The translations under genes were made by a program, and so were the position numbers. From positions 32,001-96,000 of the forward strand of contig JACOZN010000010.1 of NCBI GenBank assembly GCA_016181305.1: 64,000 bases of DNA. The letters are read 5' to 3'. The stretch is from Candidatus Woesearchaeota archaeon (lineage in GTDB: Archaea; Nanobdellota; Nanobdellia; Woesearchaeales; GW2011-AR4). Below are positions 1-9,909 of this stretch, in pieces; the first letter of the stretch is position 1; each line of letters begins with the position of its first letter. The notes under the pieces were generated by a model that was not told the origin of the DNA, searched no databases, and saw only the letters and a program-made list of their open reading frames with translations.

Positions 1-2
1 TC

Positions 3-2171
3 TTGTTTTTTTACAGCATTTTAAGCCACAACAGGATTCTGAACAACATACATTACATCAACGACATGACATTCCTGTCTTATAATGTCAGGGACTCGGT
101 TTTCAGCCAAAAATCGCTGCATTTGTGGACTCCTTATTTTTACTCAGGGCAGCCTTTGATGGCTATACCGGAGAGCTATCTTTTTGACCTGAATTTCCTG
201 TTCATTCTGATATTCAGGAACATATACCTTGCAATGAACCTTGCAGTGATATCATATTTTTTCCTTGCCGGACTGGGGATGTACTTATTGATTATAAGCT
301 TCAAAAAAGGCAGCAGGGCTGCTTTCATCTCTGCATTGGTTTACATGCTCAACGGCTTCATGCATTCCTTTATAATTTCAGGGCATTTGAATATTCTTGA
401 AAGCTATGCGCTCATCCCATTTGTATTTTTGTTTGTGTACAGGGCCGTCAAAAACGAGAAATGGCTTTCAGACTCCATAATAGCAGGATTGTTTTTTGCC
501 ATGATGGTTCTTGCAGGAGGCATAATATTTTTTATTTACACCGGGTTTTTGATAGGAATTTTTTTGGCTTTCAGCATTGTAGGGAGAGGCTTCCTGAAAA
601 GGCTGCTGAAGGTTTTTTTAATCGGGAGCGTGCTGCTGCTGGCATTGGTCGGGTTTGCCGCAATAAAATTGCTGCCGGCTTTGGAATTCGAAGGCATTTC
701 AAACAGGAACGCCGGAGTTTCATACACGGAATACCTGGGCTATCCGGTCAAATTAGCTGACTCATGGCATGTGTTTGTCTCAAATATAGGCTTTGACGGG
801 CTTTCAGGGGCGTTGGGGATTGCCGCGTTTATTCTGCTGGCTATGGGCATTTTTTCATATAGGAGCAAAAACGTCATTTTCTTCCTTATTGTGGTTGCTG
901 TTTCCATAATGCTTGCCTCAGGCTCTTTTTTGGCTGAAATGTTCTACAACTATGTCCCCGGGTTTGGCAAGATGAGGCACATTGAAAGGGCCATGGTCCT
1001 TTTTGTCTTTTCAGCGTCAGTGCTTGCTGCATATGGCTTTGAGAATTTGAACACCAAATTAAGCAAAATTAAATTCAAGAATGCAGCTTATCTCTTTGTT
1101 GTCGCTTTAATAATTATCGAGCTTATTTCACTGCACAAAATGCCTTCTTCTGTCAAGGTTATAGACGCAAAAGACATCCCAATATTGGCGCATATAAGCA
1201 AGGACAAGGATTTCTACAGGACAATTAACATGGGGCTAAAGGAGATTATCGGCGCCGCAGGCTACAACTATAATGCGCAGCTTGGAATACCTGAAGCCAA
1301 GGGCGGCGGAGGCATATGGGTCAACGATTATGCCAGCTATCTGGCAGTTGCGCATCAGTACGCGCCGAGCAAGCTTTTGGGCATCTTGAACGTGAAATAC
1401 GCGATATCCGACAGGGAGCTTGACATTCCGAACTTCAAGCCTGCCGGGAAGTTTGCAGAATGCAGGGAATGCGCTGTGTGGAACGCATTCGGGCCTTACC
1501 TTTACGAGAACCTTGAATTATTGCCGAGGGCTTATTTTGTTGAGAACGCGATTTTGGTTGTCGGCAACAAGGATGCCTCAAGGCAGCTGATTTACTCCTT
1601 AATGCTTGACGGCAAATTCAACCCGAAAAATACTGCTGCAATGCAGGGAAAGGAAAGGATTGAAGGCTATGAAATTAATTTCTTAAAAAATTTTGATGTT
1701 GTTATATTAGCGCCGGGCTCTGTAAGCCAGGAAAGCGTTCCCATTCTCAGGGAGTATGCCCAAAATGGCGGCATTCTGCTGCCTGACATCTTAAGCGGAA
1801 AGAATGCTGTGTCGAGCGAGGAACTGGAAAATGCATTAAGCAAGCTGAAGGGAGGCTATGCAGAAGCCAAGATAACAAAATACTCAAACAATGAAGTAGA
1901 GGTTGATGCAAAAGGCAGGGGCTTCCTTGTATTAAGCGAGGTTTTTGCCCATTACCCCGGATGGAAGGCATTTGCAAATGGAAAGGAAATCGGGCTTTTG
2001 AAGGCGGATAATGCAATAACGGCTGTACTTCTCAACAATTATGATAGTATCATCTTCAAGTACAATCCAAAGTCTTTTAAGCTGGGAAAAGCCATCACTG
2101 CTGCAACAATAATCATTGTGCTGATTTATTTTATAGCAGCATTCTACCTAAAAAGGAAAAATGGACGATAA
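3..2171 (+). CDS. YfhO-family multi-pass membrane protein (GT-C-like), 5'-truncated by the window edge
   Basis: N-terminal 'LWTPYFYSGQPLMA' motif, many TM helices, C-terminal 'LVLSEVFAHYPGWKAFANG' YfhO-type motif and a final TM helix. The frame is open from the window start. Confidence 0.8.
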   Translation: MFFYSILSHNRILNNIHYINDMTFLSYNVRDSVFSQKSLHLWTPYFYSGQPLMAIPESYLFDLNFLFILIFRNIYLAMNLAVISYFFLAGLGMYLLIISFKKGSRAAFISALVYMLNGFMHSFIISGHLNILESYALIPFVFLFVYRAVKNEKWLSDSIIAGLFFAMMVLAGGIIFFIYTGFLIGIFLAFSIVGRGFLKRLLKVFLIGSVLLLALVGFAAIKLLPALEFEGISNRNAGVSYTEYLGYPVKLADSWHVFVSNIGFDGLSGALGIAAFILLAMGIFSYRSKNVIFFLIVVAVSIMLASGSFLAEMFYNYVPGFGKMRHIERAMVLFVFSASVLAAYGFENLNTKLSKIKFKNAAYLFVVALIIIELISLHKMPSSVKVIDAKDIPILAHISKDKDFYRTINMGLKEIIGAAGYNYNAQLGIPEAKGGGGIWVNDYASYLAVAHQYAPSKLLGILNVKYAISDRELDIPNFKPAGKFAECRECAVWNAFGPYLYENLELLPRAYFVENAILVVGNKDASRQLIYSLMLDGKFNPKNTAAMQGKERIEGYEINFLKNFDVVILAPGSVSQESVPILREYAQNGGILLPDILSGKNAVSSEELENALSKLKGGYAEAKITKYSNNEVEVDAKGRGFLVLSEVFAHYPGWKAFANGKEIGLLKADNAITAVLLNNYDSIIFKYNPKSFKLGKAITAATIIIVLIYFIAAFYLKRKNGR

Positions 2172-4140
2172 AAAATATGAGAGGATTGAAGCTATCGCAT
2201 TTGCGCTTGCACTCATTCCATTATTGGTTTATTCTGTCCATGTTACCGACTGGAAAAGCTCGTATCGCGAGATGTGGTATGTGTGCCTTGACTACATGGG
2301 GCAGGGCGCTTTGTACGGCGGGCAGCCGTTCTGCGAGCAGGGCGGTCCTTTTTTGTACCTGCCTCAGCTTATTTTCAAGAAGCTCTTTGGGAATTTCCAG
2401 ATTTTGACTGGTATAATGATTACAGCCCTGTATATAGCTGCTTTCTTTTTAATGACTAGGGTTTCAAAAAAAGAAACCGGAAAGCCAAACTACGCTTTTA
2501 TCGGGCTGCTTGTGCTGGCATGGCTTTACCCATGGAGCAGCTCCTACAACTACCCGTTTGGCGGCATGATTCTGTTTTTCGGATTTTATATTTTGTATTA
2601 TTCTGCCCTTAGATTTAAGGAGGTAACTGCAGGAATCCTGTTCGCAATTGCCGTTTATGTCAATATCGCAATGCTGATGCCCATACTGATAATAGCTGCG
2701 TTCTATGCGTTCAGAGTTGGCTTGGTAAAAATTGAAAGGAACGAATCAAAGAGCTTCAAAGTGTCAATAAGGTACAAAAAAATAGCCAATATTTTCATAA
2801 TATTCATTCCTGTTCTGCTGTTTTCAATCCTGTTCAGGCTGATGTATCCCAATATATTCAAGTACATAATATTCGCGCATCTTGAGGAGCCCGTACTTAC
2901 ATTCTGGCAGGCATTAAAGGACATGGTTCCTTTTGGATATGTAAACCAGTCTGTTTTCATAGTATATGTTGTGCTGGCTTTCTGCTTTCTTTTGTTCATC
3001 AGGACATTCAGCGTGATTCCTGTGCTTGGCGCACTTGAATTCTGGGTGCTGCTGAACGACCACCAGCATTTTGGCGGCCTGTATTTCGGCAGAAACCACT
3101 TCCTGACTTTCCTGTTTATTATACTTACTTTTGCAATACTCAAGGAGAAGGTGAAAAGGGCATCTTTTGAAAGAATTGCATTGTATTGCGGGCTGTTTCT
3201 TGTCATTGTGTATCCTGCGATAGTTCCACTGCCTTTTGCGCATGATTTCATAGGCAAAAAGCTTGATACCGGGATTTCAAACTTCCAGAAAGAGGTCGGA
3301 TATGGAATTAATTTTGTGCCAAAGCAGGATGGCAATATTCTTGCAGAGTATCCCGAGCTGCTTACAGGCTATGATTTTGATTTTGACATGGAAAGGCTTG
3401 ATGTTGCATCTGACACTGAATACAGGATAAACATAGACGAGTTTTCAGGGCCGAGGCTGGCAAAACTGGGCGTTACAAATTTAACAGGCTGGAGCGCCCT
3501 GAAGCTTGACGAAGCCAAGGCAAAGGCAAATGAGGAAAGGCTTGCTGAAATAAGAAGCCTGATGCATGTCAAGAACTACAGCATGATTGCCATTGGCCCA
3601 AGGTCAGGCGCCACTTTGATTGCACAGGCATTTGAGGGCATGCCTCCTGAGTTCAAGGGGCAGTACTGCAAATTGATTGCGCCCAATATGGAGCATCTGC
3701 CTGTAACAAGCATACATATTGCGACGATATACCTAAAAGACATAAAAGACTGCCAGACAACATTTGTCAGAATGGTTGACTACTATGGCAGGATATTTGA
3801 CAGGATATGCAAAAAAAGCAGGTTTGCAGCCAATAATGTTGTCAATATAATCTTAGGGGCTGTCGGAAGGCAGAAAAATTGCGATAAAGGGGGCAATTTT
3901 GTCGATAATTTTAACCACATTGCTTTCTTTCCCGAGCATCTGGCTTTTATTTTTGGAGCAATGGCTTTGTTTTTGATTTTGTACATTCCTGCCCTTAAGA
4001 AGCACAATAAATTCACCAAAAAATCGCGCATGATTTATTATATTATTATCATTGCGATGGTTGCTATTGCGGCTTATCTCGTGATGAAGTCATACTCTGA
4101 TTACAGGGAGTTTTTGGGGATTGTGGGGAGCGTGAGGTGA
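2161..4140 (+). CDS. Uncharacterised multi-pass membrane protein, possibly GT-C-like
   Basis: 659-aa ORF overlapping the upstream gene by 11 bp. About 11 N-terminal hydrophobic segments, a soluble domain and two C-terminal TM helices. Confidence 0.65.
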   Translation: MDDKKYERIEAIAFALALIPLLVYSVHVTDWKSSYREMWYVCLDYMGQGALYGGQPFCEQGGPFLYLPQLIFKKLFGNFQILTGIMITALYIAAFFLMTRVSKKETGKPNYAFIGLLVLAWLYPWSSSYNYPFGGMILFFGFYILYYSALRFKEVTAGILFAIAVYVNIAMLMPILIIAAFYAFRVGLVKIERNESKSFKVSIRYKKIANIFIIFIPVLLFSILFRLMYPNIFKYIIFAHLEEPVLTFWQALKDMVPFGYVNQSVFIVYVVLAFCFLLFIRTFSVIPVLGALEFWVLLNDHQHFGGLYFGRNHFLTFLFIILTFAILKEKVKRASFERIALYCGLFLVIVYPAIVPLPFAHDFIGKKLDTGISNFQKEVGYGINFVPKQDGNILAEYPELLTGYDFDFDMERLDVASDTEYRINIDEFSGPRLAKLGVTNLTGWSALKLDEAKAKANEERLAEIRSLMHVKNYSMIAIGPRSGATLIAQAFEGMPPEFKGQYCKLIAPNMEHLPVTSIHIATIYLKDIKDCQTTFVRMVDYYGRIFDRICKKSRFAANNVVNIILGAVGRQKNCDKGGNFVDNFNHIAFFPEHLAFIFGAMALFLILYIPALKKHNKFTKKSRMIYYIIIIAMVAIAAYLVMKSYSDYREFLGIVGSVR

Positions 4141-4211
4141 ATTTATCATATAGCAAAATTTAAATATTGCTCGAAAAAGCCTCACTTAATTGATTTTCAA
4201 GGGGTGCTGAA

Positions 4212-5249
4212 ATGAATGTCTTGATAACAGGCGGATGCGGCTTTATAGGCTTCAACCTGTCAATGTTCCTGAAAAAGAAGGGATTCAATGTCATTGCAAT
4301 GGACAATCTTGTAAGAAGGGGCACTGAGATTTCCAGAGCCGTGCTTGAAGACAACGGAGTGGAGTTTGTGCATGGCGATGTAAGGAACAATGAAGACTTC
4401 AGCAATGTTGACAGGAAGATAGACTTGATATTGAACACTGCGGCAGAGCCCTCTGCAATCGAAGGCTACAAAAACCCTTATTTTGACTTCACCAACAATT
4501 CGCTGTCAGTCATCAACATACTTGAGCTTGCGCGAAAGAACAAGATAAAGATAATCCAGTGGAGCACGAACAAGGTTTACTCAGGCGACAAGATAAATGC
4601 CATAAAGACAAAAGAGCTTGGAACAAGGTTTGAGTATGATGACGAGCTTTACAAAAACGGCATTGACGAAAGCTTTCCTATTGACGGTAATGACCATTCC
4701 ATCTATGGCCTGACGAAGCTGACAGCTGACTTGTTCTGCCAGGAATATGCAAACGCATTCAACCTGAACATCATTGTGAACAGATTCAGCTGCCTTGGGG
4801 GAGAATGGCAGTGGGGCCTGCCGAAGCAGGGATGGTTCAGCTGGTGGCCTATTGCATTTGCCTACAAGTTTCCGATAACTTACATAGGGTGGAAGGGCAA
4901 GCAGCTGAGAGACGTGCTTTACATAAAGGACATCTGCGAGCTTGTAATGAAGCAGATAGACAGTATTGATGATTTTAAGGGGGATGTTTTCAATGTCGGC
5001 GGGGGAGTGAAAAACACAATGTCGCTGATTGAAGCTACGAATTACCTTGAAAAAAAGCTCGGCTCAAAGCCCGCCATAAAAACAGAGCAAACACCGAGAA
5101 GGGCTGACCAGTGCGTTTATGTAAGCGACATAAGAAAGGTTTCAAAGACATTCAACTGGCAGCCAAAAGTGAGTCCTGAAGCAGCGTTGGACAGCATCCT
5201 GAAATGGGTGATGGAAAACAGGCAAATGCTTGACAAGGTTTACAAGTAA
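4212..5249 (+). CDS. NAD-dependent epimerase, CDP-paratose 2-epimerase (RfbE)-like extended SDR
   Basis: GGCGFIG Rossmann motif, 'STNKVY' and YGLTK (YxxxK) motifs typical of the RfbE subgroup, and 'QLRDVLYIKD'. Confidence 0.8.
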   Translation: MNVLITGGCGFIGFNLSMFLKKKGFNVIAMDNLVRRGTEISRAVLEDNGVEFVHGDVRNNEDFSNVDRKIDLILNTAAEPSAIEGYKNPYFDFTNNSLSVINILELARKNKIKIIQWSTNKVYSGDKINAIKTKELGTRFEYDDELYKNGIDESFPIDGNDHSIYGLTKLTADLFCQEYANAFNLNIIVNRFSCLGGEWQWGLPKQGWFSWWPIAFAYKFPITYIGWKGKQLRDVLYIKDICELVMKQIDSIDDFKGDVFNVGGGVKNTMSLIEATNYLEKKLGSKPAIKTEQTPRRADQCVYVSDIRKVSKTFNWQPKVSPEAALDSILKWVMENRQMLDKVYK

Positions 5250-5260
5250 AGGTTTCTATT

Positions 5261-5977
5261 ATGAGGCATAGCTTATCTGTCATAGTCGCGTGTTACAACG
5301 AGGAAAAAAACATAGCCCGCACTTTGAAAAGGATAAGCAAGATAGTCCCTTACGCCGAGATTATTGCAGTTGACGACGGCAGCGCTGACAGCACTTCCGA
5401 AGCTGCAAAAAAGGCAGGCATAAAAAATCTCAAAGTTGTATGGTACAGGCAGAACATGGGCAAGGGCTATGCAATAAGAAAAGGGGTTGATGCTGCAAAA
5501 GGGGCTGTGCAGGCGCAGGTTGACGCTGACTCGCAGTTTCCGCCTGAGGAGCTGCCAAGGCTGATAAAGCCGATTCTTGATGATAATGCCGATGTTGTCT
5601 TTGCATCGAGGTTTGTTAAGGGGAGCACTATACAGAAAGGCTCGCTGACAAAAATGAGGAGGCTGGCTAATTTTGTAGTCTCGGGGTTTACGTCAATTTT
5701 GGCTGGAAAAAGGTTTACAGACGTCAATGCAGGGTTCAAGGCATGGAAAACCAGTGCAATAAGGGACATTGATTTTCGGTGCAGGCATTTTGCATACGAG
5801 CCTGAAATTGCGATAAAGGGCATTGACAAAGGCTACAGGTTTGTCGAAGTGCCTGTCAATTACAAGGGAAGGCAGAAGGGCATCAGCAACGTTAAACTTT
5901 TAAGGGACGGGATAATCATACCATTGTATTTATTAAGGCTGAAATTATCGCTTGTGAAAAAAAGGATTTTTGGCTGA
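5261..5977 (+). CDS. GT2 glycosyltransferase, polyprenyl-phosphate sugar synthase (DPM1-like)
   Basis: 'VIVACYNEE', 'VDDGSAD', 'NMGKGYA', 'QVDADSQFPPEE', 'DVNAGFKA', 'AYEPEI' motifs. Confidence 0.9.
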   Translation: MRHSLSVIVACYNEEKNIARTLKRISKIVPYAEIIAVDDGSADSTSEAAKKAGIKNLKVVWYRQNMGKGYAIRKGVDAAKGAVQAQVDADSQFPPEELPRLIKPILDDNADVVFASRFVKGSTIQKGSLTKMRRLANFVVSGFTSILAGKRFTDVNAGFKAWKTSAIRDIDFRCRHFAYEPEIAIKGIDKGYRFVEVPVNYKGRQKGISNVKLLRDGIIIPLYLLRLKLSLVKKRIFG

Positions 5978-5978
5978 C

Positions 5979-7619
5979 ATGAAGCTTTCAGGCTTGCTGG
6001 AAAACGCATATTTGATCCTGGTATTCTCAGTCTTATTGCTCATCGGCAATGCAAATTTATGGAATCACCAGCTGTCGCATGATTTTCCTTATGGATACCT
6101 TGCGTCTGACGCGTTCCAGCACCAGATCAGGGCTGACGCAATAAAGGACGCAGGCAATTTCAGATACGAGGCAAGCTACATATCGCATGGCTTTGAGAAC
6201 GCAGTCGGAAGATACCCCCCGGTCATTTATCATCTGGCTGTAATGTTTTCATATCTGTCAGGGCTGCAGGTTTATGATGCAATATACTTCATTGTTTTTC
6301 TTTTTGCGTCCTTAGCTGCAATGCTTATGTATATCATAATTAGAGGCGCTAATAAGAACGCTGCATTGATTGCCCTTCCAATGTCATTGCTGATATTCGC
6401 AAACCCAAACTACCTTGGCTTTGCATGGGGGCACTGGCCTTCAATACTCGGGCAGTTTTTCCTCATAGCCCTCTTCTGGGGCATTCACAGGATTGGCATA
6501 GAAAAATCATTTCTGCTCATCGGGATTTTTTTAAGCGCTATAATCATGACTCATACCTCTGAGATTGTCTTTGCAGGGTTTTTCATTCTTGCTGTTATGG
6601 CGGCAAATTTTCTGCTTAAAAAATTCAATGCCAAGGACATAAAAAAATTGGCATTTGCCGGGATTTTAGCATTGATATTAACAGCCTATTATCTGATAAT
6701 TTTCCTAAACAGCTGGTTTGTTGTACAGCCGTACCAGTTCAGCGTAAAGCCAGTATGGGAGGGCAACCCGGGATTTTACCTTGCAGATTTCAAGATTTTG
6801 CTGGTGTTCATCCTGATTGGGCTGCTGCTTTTTTTTGCCACAATTAAAAACACCAATGCTGCTTTTCTGGCAGGCATAAGCATGCTGGTGATGGGCTACG
6901 GCAACTATTTCGGGTTTGACTGGAGGGCTTTCCAATTGAGGTTTTTATGGCCGATTTATCTCTCTGTATTTTTTGGATTTGCTGTCTATTATATTTTGAA
7001 ATTTTTCATAAAGAACTGGAATCTTATTTATTCAATCCTGGCAAGTGCGGTTTTTCTGGCGCTTTTATTGGGCTTGGTTAATGTTCCTTTTATTCCACAT
7101 TACCAGAAGCTTGAAACTCGGGGCATAATGGATGGATTTCATTGGCAGGCTTTAAGGTGGCTGAGCGAGAATACCCCAAGCAGTGCAAAGATTTATTTCT
7201 TTTACGGCGACATCTACAGCCAGGATGCCCTGCTGAGGAACTCCAAAAGGGTGCATTCTCAGGTTGACCCCAATGATTTTGTAAATGCAATAAACAGCAG
7301 GAAGGTTATGAGGCAGTATGCAACAGAGCTGCCTGGAGACGGAGGGGGGGGCATTGCCTACAGAAAGTCATTTTTATCATTCGGGCTTTATAACAACGAG
7401 GTGCCTGAAGACTATTTTTGGGGAAAAAAGGACATATGCCGGTTTGACTATTTTGTTTTTGACAAAGCGTCAAATCAGCAGGCGCTGGCGCAGTATAATT
7501 TAATTATAGCAAAAAAACTGGTGGAAAAAAAATCCGAGCCGGTTTTTGAAAATCAGATTGTTGCCATATTGAAAAACAACAAAGTAGGAGGCGACTGCAT
7601 TGAGGAAGGAAACTTTTGA
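5979..7619 (+). CDS. Multi-pass membrane GT-C-like protein (paralog of 8280..9830)
   Basis: TM1 followed by 'YLASDAFQH' acidic loop, 'YPPVIYH', 'WGHWP', ~11 TM helices and a C-terminal soluble domain. ATG at 5979 preferred over TTG at 5970. Confidence 0.7.
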   Translation: MKLSGLLENAYLILVFSVLLLIGNANLWNHQLSHDFPYGYLASDAFQHQIRADAIKDAGNFRYEASYISHGFENAVGRYPPVIYHLAVMFSYLSGLQVYDAIYFIVFLFASLAAMLMYIIIRGANKNAALIALPMSLLIFANPNYLGFAWGHWPSILGQFFLIALFWGIHRIGIEKSFLLIGIFLSAIIMTHTSEIVFAGFFILAVMAANFLLKKFNAKDIKKLAFAGILALILTAYYLIIFLNSWFVVQPYQFSVKPVWEGNPGFYLADFKILLVFILIGLLLFFATIKNTNAAFLAGISMLVMGYGNYFGFDWRAFQLRFLWPIYLSVFFGFAVYYILKFFIKNWNLIYSILASAVFLALLLGLVNVPFIPHYQKLETRGIMDGFHWQALRWLSENTPSSAKIYFFYGDIYSQDALLRNSKRVHSQVDPNDFVNAINSRKVMRQYATELPGDGGGGIAYRKSFLSFGLYNNEVPEDYFWGKKDICRFDYFVFDKASNQQALAQYNLIIAKKLVEKKSEPVFENQIVAILKNNKVGGDCIEEGNF

Positions 7620-7620
7620 A

Positions 7621-7959
7621 ATGATGAGAAAGGAATTGGCTAAACTGGGAATTTTATTTCTGCTGTTTATTTTAATATTCAAGATAATATACTTCAATGA
7701 GAGTTTTTTTGTTGTGTTCAGGGCAGTGATTGCAATTTTCTGGATGTTTGCATTGCCCGGCTATTTCCTAATGCTTTACTGGCATGAGAAGCTTGAGTTT
7801 CTGGAGAGATTGATTGCCGGGATTGCATTAAGCGCTGCAGTGATTGGAATCAGCAGCTATTATGCTGGTTTGATAGGGCTAAATATAAAATACCATACGA
7901 TAATTCTGCCTGCTGTGTTGATAGTTTTAGGAATAATCATCAATTTTAGGAAGCAGTAG
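7621..7959 (+). CDS. Small 4-TM membrane protein (DUF1616-like)
   Basis: Hydrophobic ORF with 'FALPGY' and 'LERLIAGIALS' motifs, directly after the GT-C-like gene. Confidence 0.65.
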   Translation: MMRKELAKLGILFLLFILIFKIIYFNESFFVVFRAVIAIFWMFALPGYFLMLYWHEKLEFLERLIAGIALSAAVIGISSYYAGLIGLNIKYHTIILPAVLIVLGIIINFRKQ

Positions 7960-7962
7960 AAT

Positions 7963-8283
7963 TTAACTTTTTTTCATGTATTTCTTAGCCATGAAAGCAA
8001 TTACAATCAATAAAATGAAGGTTATTGCTATTGCAGCCCTCAATGAAATTACCAAGCCAAGCAAATAAACAACTGACGGGAATATGCCGACGCCTATAAA
8101 GAAAGCAAAGACTATTTTTTCCTGCGCAGATAAATCAAAATTGTTTAGTATCAGATAAGCTGGCAGGATAAATAACAAAATTGTTCCTGCTATTGTCCTT
8201 AAGCCTGTTATTCCGAGGGCTGCAAAGAAGAATATTGCTGTTAAAGCCAAAATTATTGCCATGAATATTTTGTTTTCTTTCAT
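7963..8283 (-). CDS. Small 4-TM membrane protein (paralog of 7621..7959)
   Basis: 'FILPAYLIL' and 'QEKIVFAFFIG' parallel the motifs of 7621..7959. Overlaps the stop of the upstream gene by 4 bp. Confidence 0.65.
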   Translation of the reverse strand: MKENKIFMAIILALTAIFFFAALGITGLRTIAGTILLFILPAYLILNNFDLSAQEKIVFAFFIGVGIFPSVVYLLGLVISLRAAIAITFILLIVIAFMAKKYMKKS

Positions 8284-9830
8284 TTTAGCCTGTAAATCCT
8301 TATGTTATTTTTGTCATAAAGCAAAGTATATTTTTTCAGCTCATTTGATTCAAACTGCCTCAGTTTTTCAATGCCTGCCCTGTCATTCAGAAGGATTAAA
8401 TCAGTGTAGTCAACCATAAGATAATCCTGTGCTGTTGGCAGGTTCTCAAAAAAGCGGTTTAGCCTTTGCGAGAAAACCGCCATCCACGGCAGATGCCTGT
8501 ACAATGGCTCCGGAACCCCGACAACAGAGACATTGGAAGTTGGAGGTATATTGGCTCTTGCCCATTCGCTTGCCTCGTATTGTGATGGGGTAATCCTGCC
8601 AAGCCCTGCATAAGCATTTTTTAATGTTTCAGCGCTTTTTCCATTGATTGAAATTATTAAAACAGCAATTACTATGAATATGCCATACTTGATATAATCT
8701 TTATATTTGGACTTGATAAATGACGCCAAAGACAATGCCCCTATTGCTGTAATAGGCGCAAATATATGCGCGGATGCTGAAAGCGAGCGGTGTAAAAATG
8801 CTGCCTTTCCGATTATGTCGCGGTGCAGGACAAGATACAGGCTGACAAGCCATGCAAGCATGAGCAAGTCATTTCCCTGCCTTCTGAACGCCAAAACAGC
8901 TATGCCCAGAAGCAGGAAAGGCAAAGTCCACAAGCCGTGCATTTCCCCGAATGAGAAGTATGACTCCGGGACAGAGCCTGTGAAATCCTTTGGATTCGGA
9001 GCCCAGTGAACAAGCCTTGAAAGCCCGAAGCCCTTTTTTGCCTCTTCCCCCTTGACACCAAAGCGCGCAAACGTGTTGCCTGTCTGGTATGGGAAGATTG
9101 CGAGCATTACAATTATTATCAAGGCGCACAGAAGAATGTGCTTGAAATTAAACGGCGCTTTTCTTTCCTTGATGAGCAGGAATACGAACAAAACAGCTAT
9201 TCCGAGCAAAGAGTGAAATGCCGCCAACTGGTGCATGTAAAGGTTTATCCCGAATAATATTGCTGTTAAATAAAGATAGACTGTTTTTTCCTTTCCATCA
9301 GCATAGGATGTATAGTATCTGTAAAAGCAGTATAGGATTAAAGGCACATATGCATATGCAAGCCTTTCAGGCCACTGCCCCCACAGGAAAGGCAGGAAAT
9401 CAAGAGGCGAGAACACTAAAAACAAGGCTGAAAGCAAAGCAGGCAAAAACCCGAATAAGGAGTTTATTACAAAATACACTGATATTATTATTGCTGTTGA
9501 GAAAACTGCATTGAGGATGTAAATTGGCACTATTCTTTCGCCTGCTACCGCCTGTATTACTGCAAATGCCGTATGGAATGGCGGGTAGTACCACAATGTG
9601 TGCGGCTTGTAAATGTTGTCTGTGCCGTACCTGAAGTCAATGTAATGGGGCAGGTTCACAAGCGACTTGTCATTGACTGCCATATAATCAGCGACTTCAA
9701 CATGGGATATTGCATCGTACTCTCCGTAAGGCAGCCTGTTTTTCTGCAAAGGCTGGGTCCAGATGTATATTGCCGATAAGTAAAGGGCAATGAATATGAG
9801 TGTTTCAAGCCATGACTTGTTCAGCTTCAT
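8280..9830 (-). CDS. Multi-pass membrane GT-C-like protein (paralog of 5979..7619)
   Basis: 'GEYDAISH', 'YYPPFH', 'WGQWP' and 'QYEASEWARANIP' motifs mirror 5979..7619. Confidence 0.7.
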   Translation of the reverse strand: MKLNKSWLETLIFIALYLSAIYIWTQPLQKNRLPYGEYDAISHVEVADYMAVNDKSLVNLPHYIDFRYGTDNIYKPHTLWYYPPFHTAFAVIQAVAGERIVPIYILNAVFSTAIIISVYFVINSLFGFLPALLSALFLVFSPLDFLPFLWGQWPERLAYAYVPLILYCFYRYYTSYADGKEKTVYLYLTAILFGINLYMHQLAAFHSLLGIAVLFVFLLIKERKAPFNFKHILLCALIIIVMLAIFPYQTGNTFARFGVKGEEAKKGFGLSRLVHWAPNPKDFTGSVPESYFSFGEMHGLWTLPFLLLGIAVLAFRRQGNDLLMLAWLVSLYLVLHRDIIGKAAFLHRSLSASAHIFAPITAIGALSLASFIKSKYKDYIKYGIFIVIAVLIISINGKSAETLKNAYAGLGRITPSQYEASEWARANIPPTSNVSVVGVPEPLYRHLPWMAVFSQRLNRFFENLPTAQDYLMVDYTDLILLNDRAGIEKLRQFESNELKKYTLLYDKNNIRIYRLK

Positions 9831-9909
9831 GAAAAGCCCTAATTTACAGGTGTTTATAAAGATTTAGCTATCAGAAACCTTTAAATTAAGCCAATATTTC
9901 TTTTTATGA

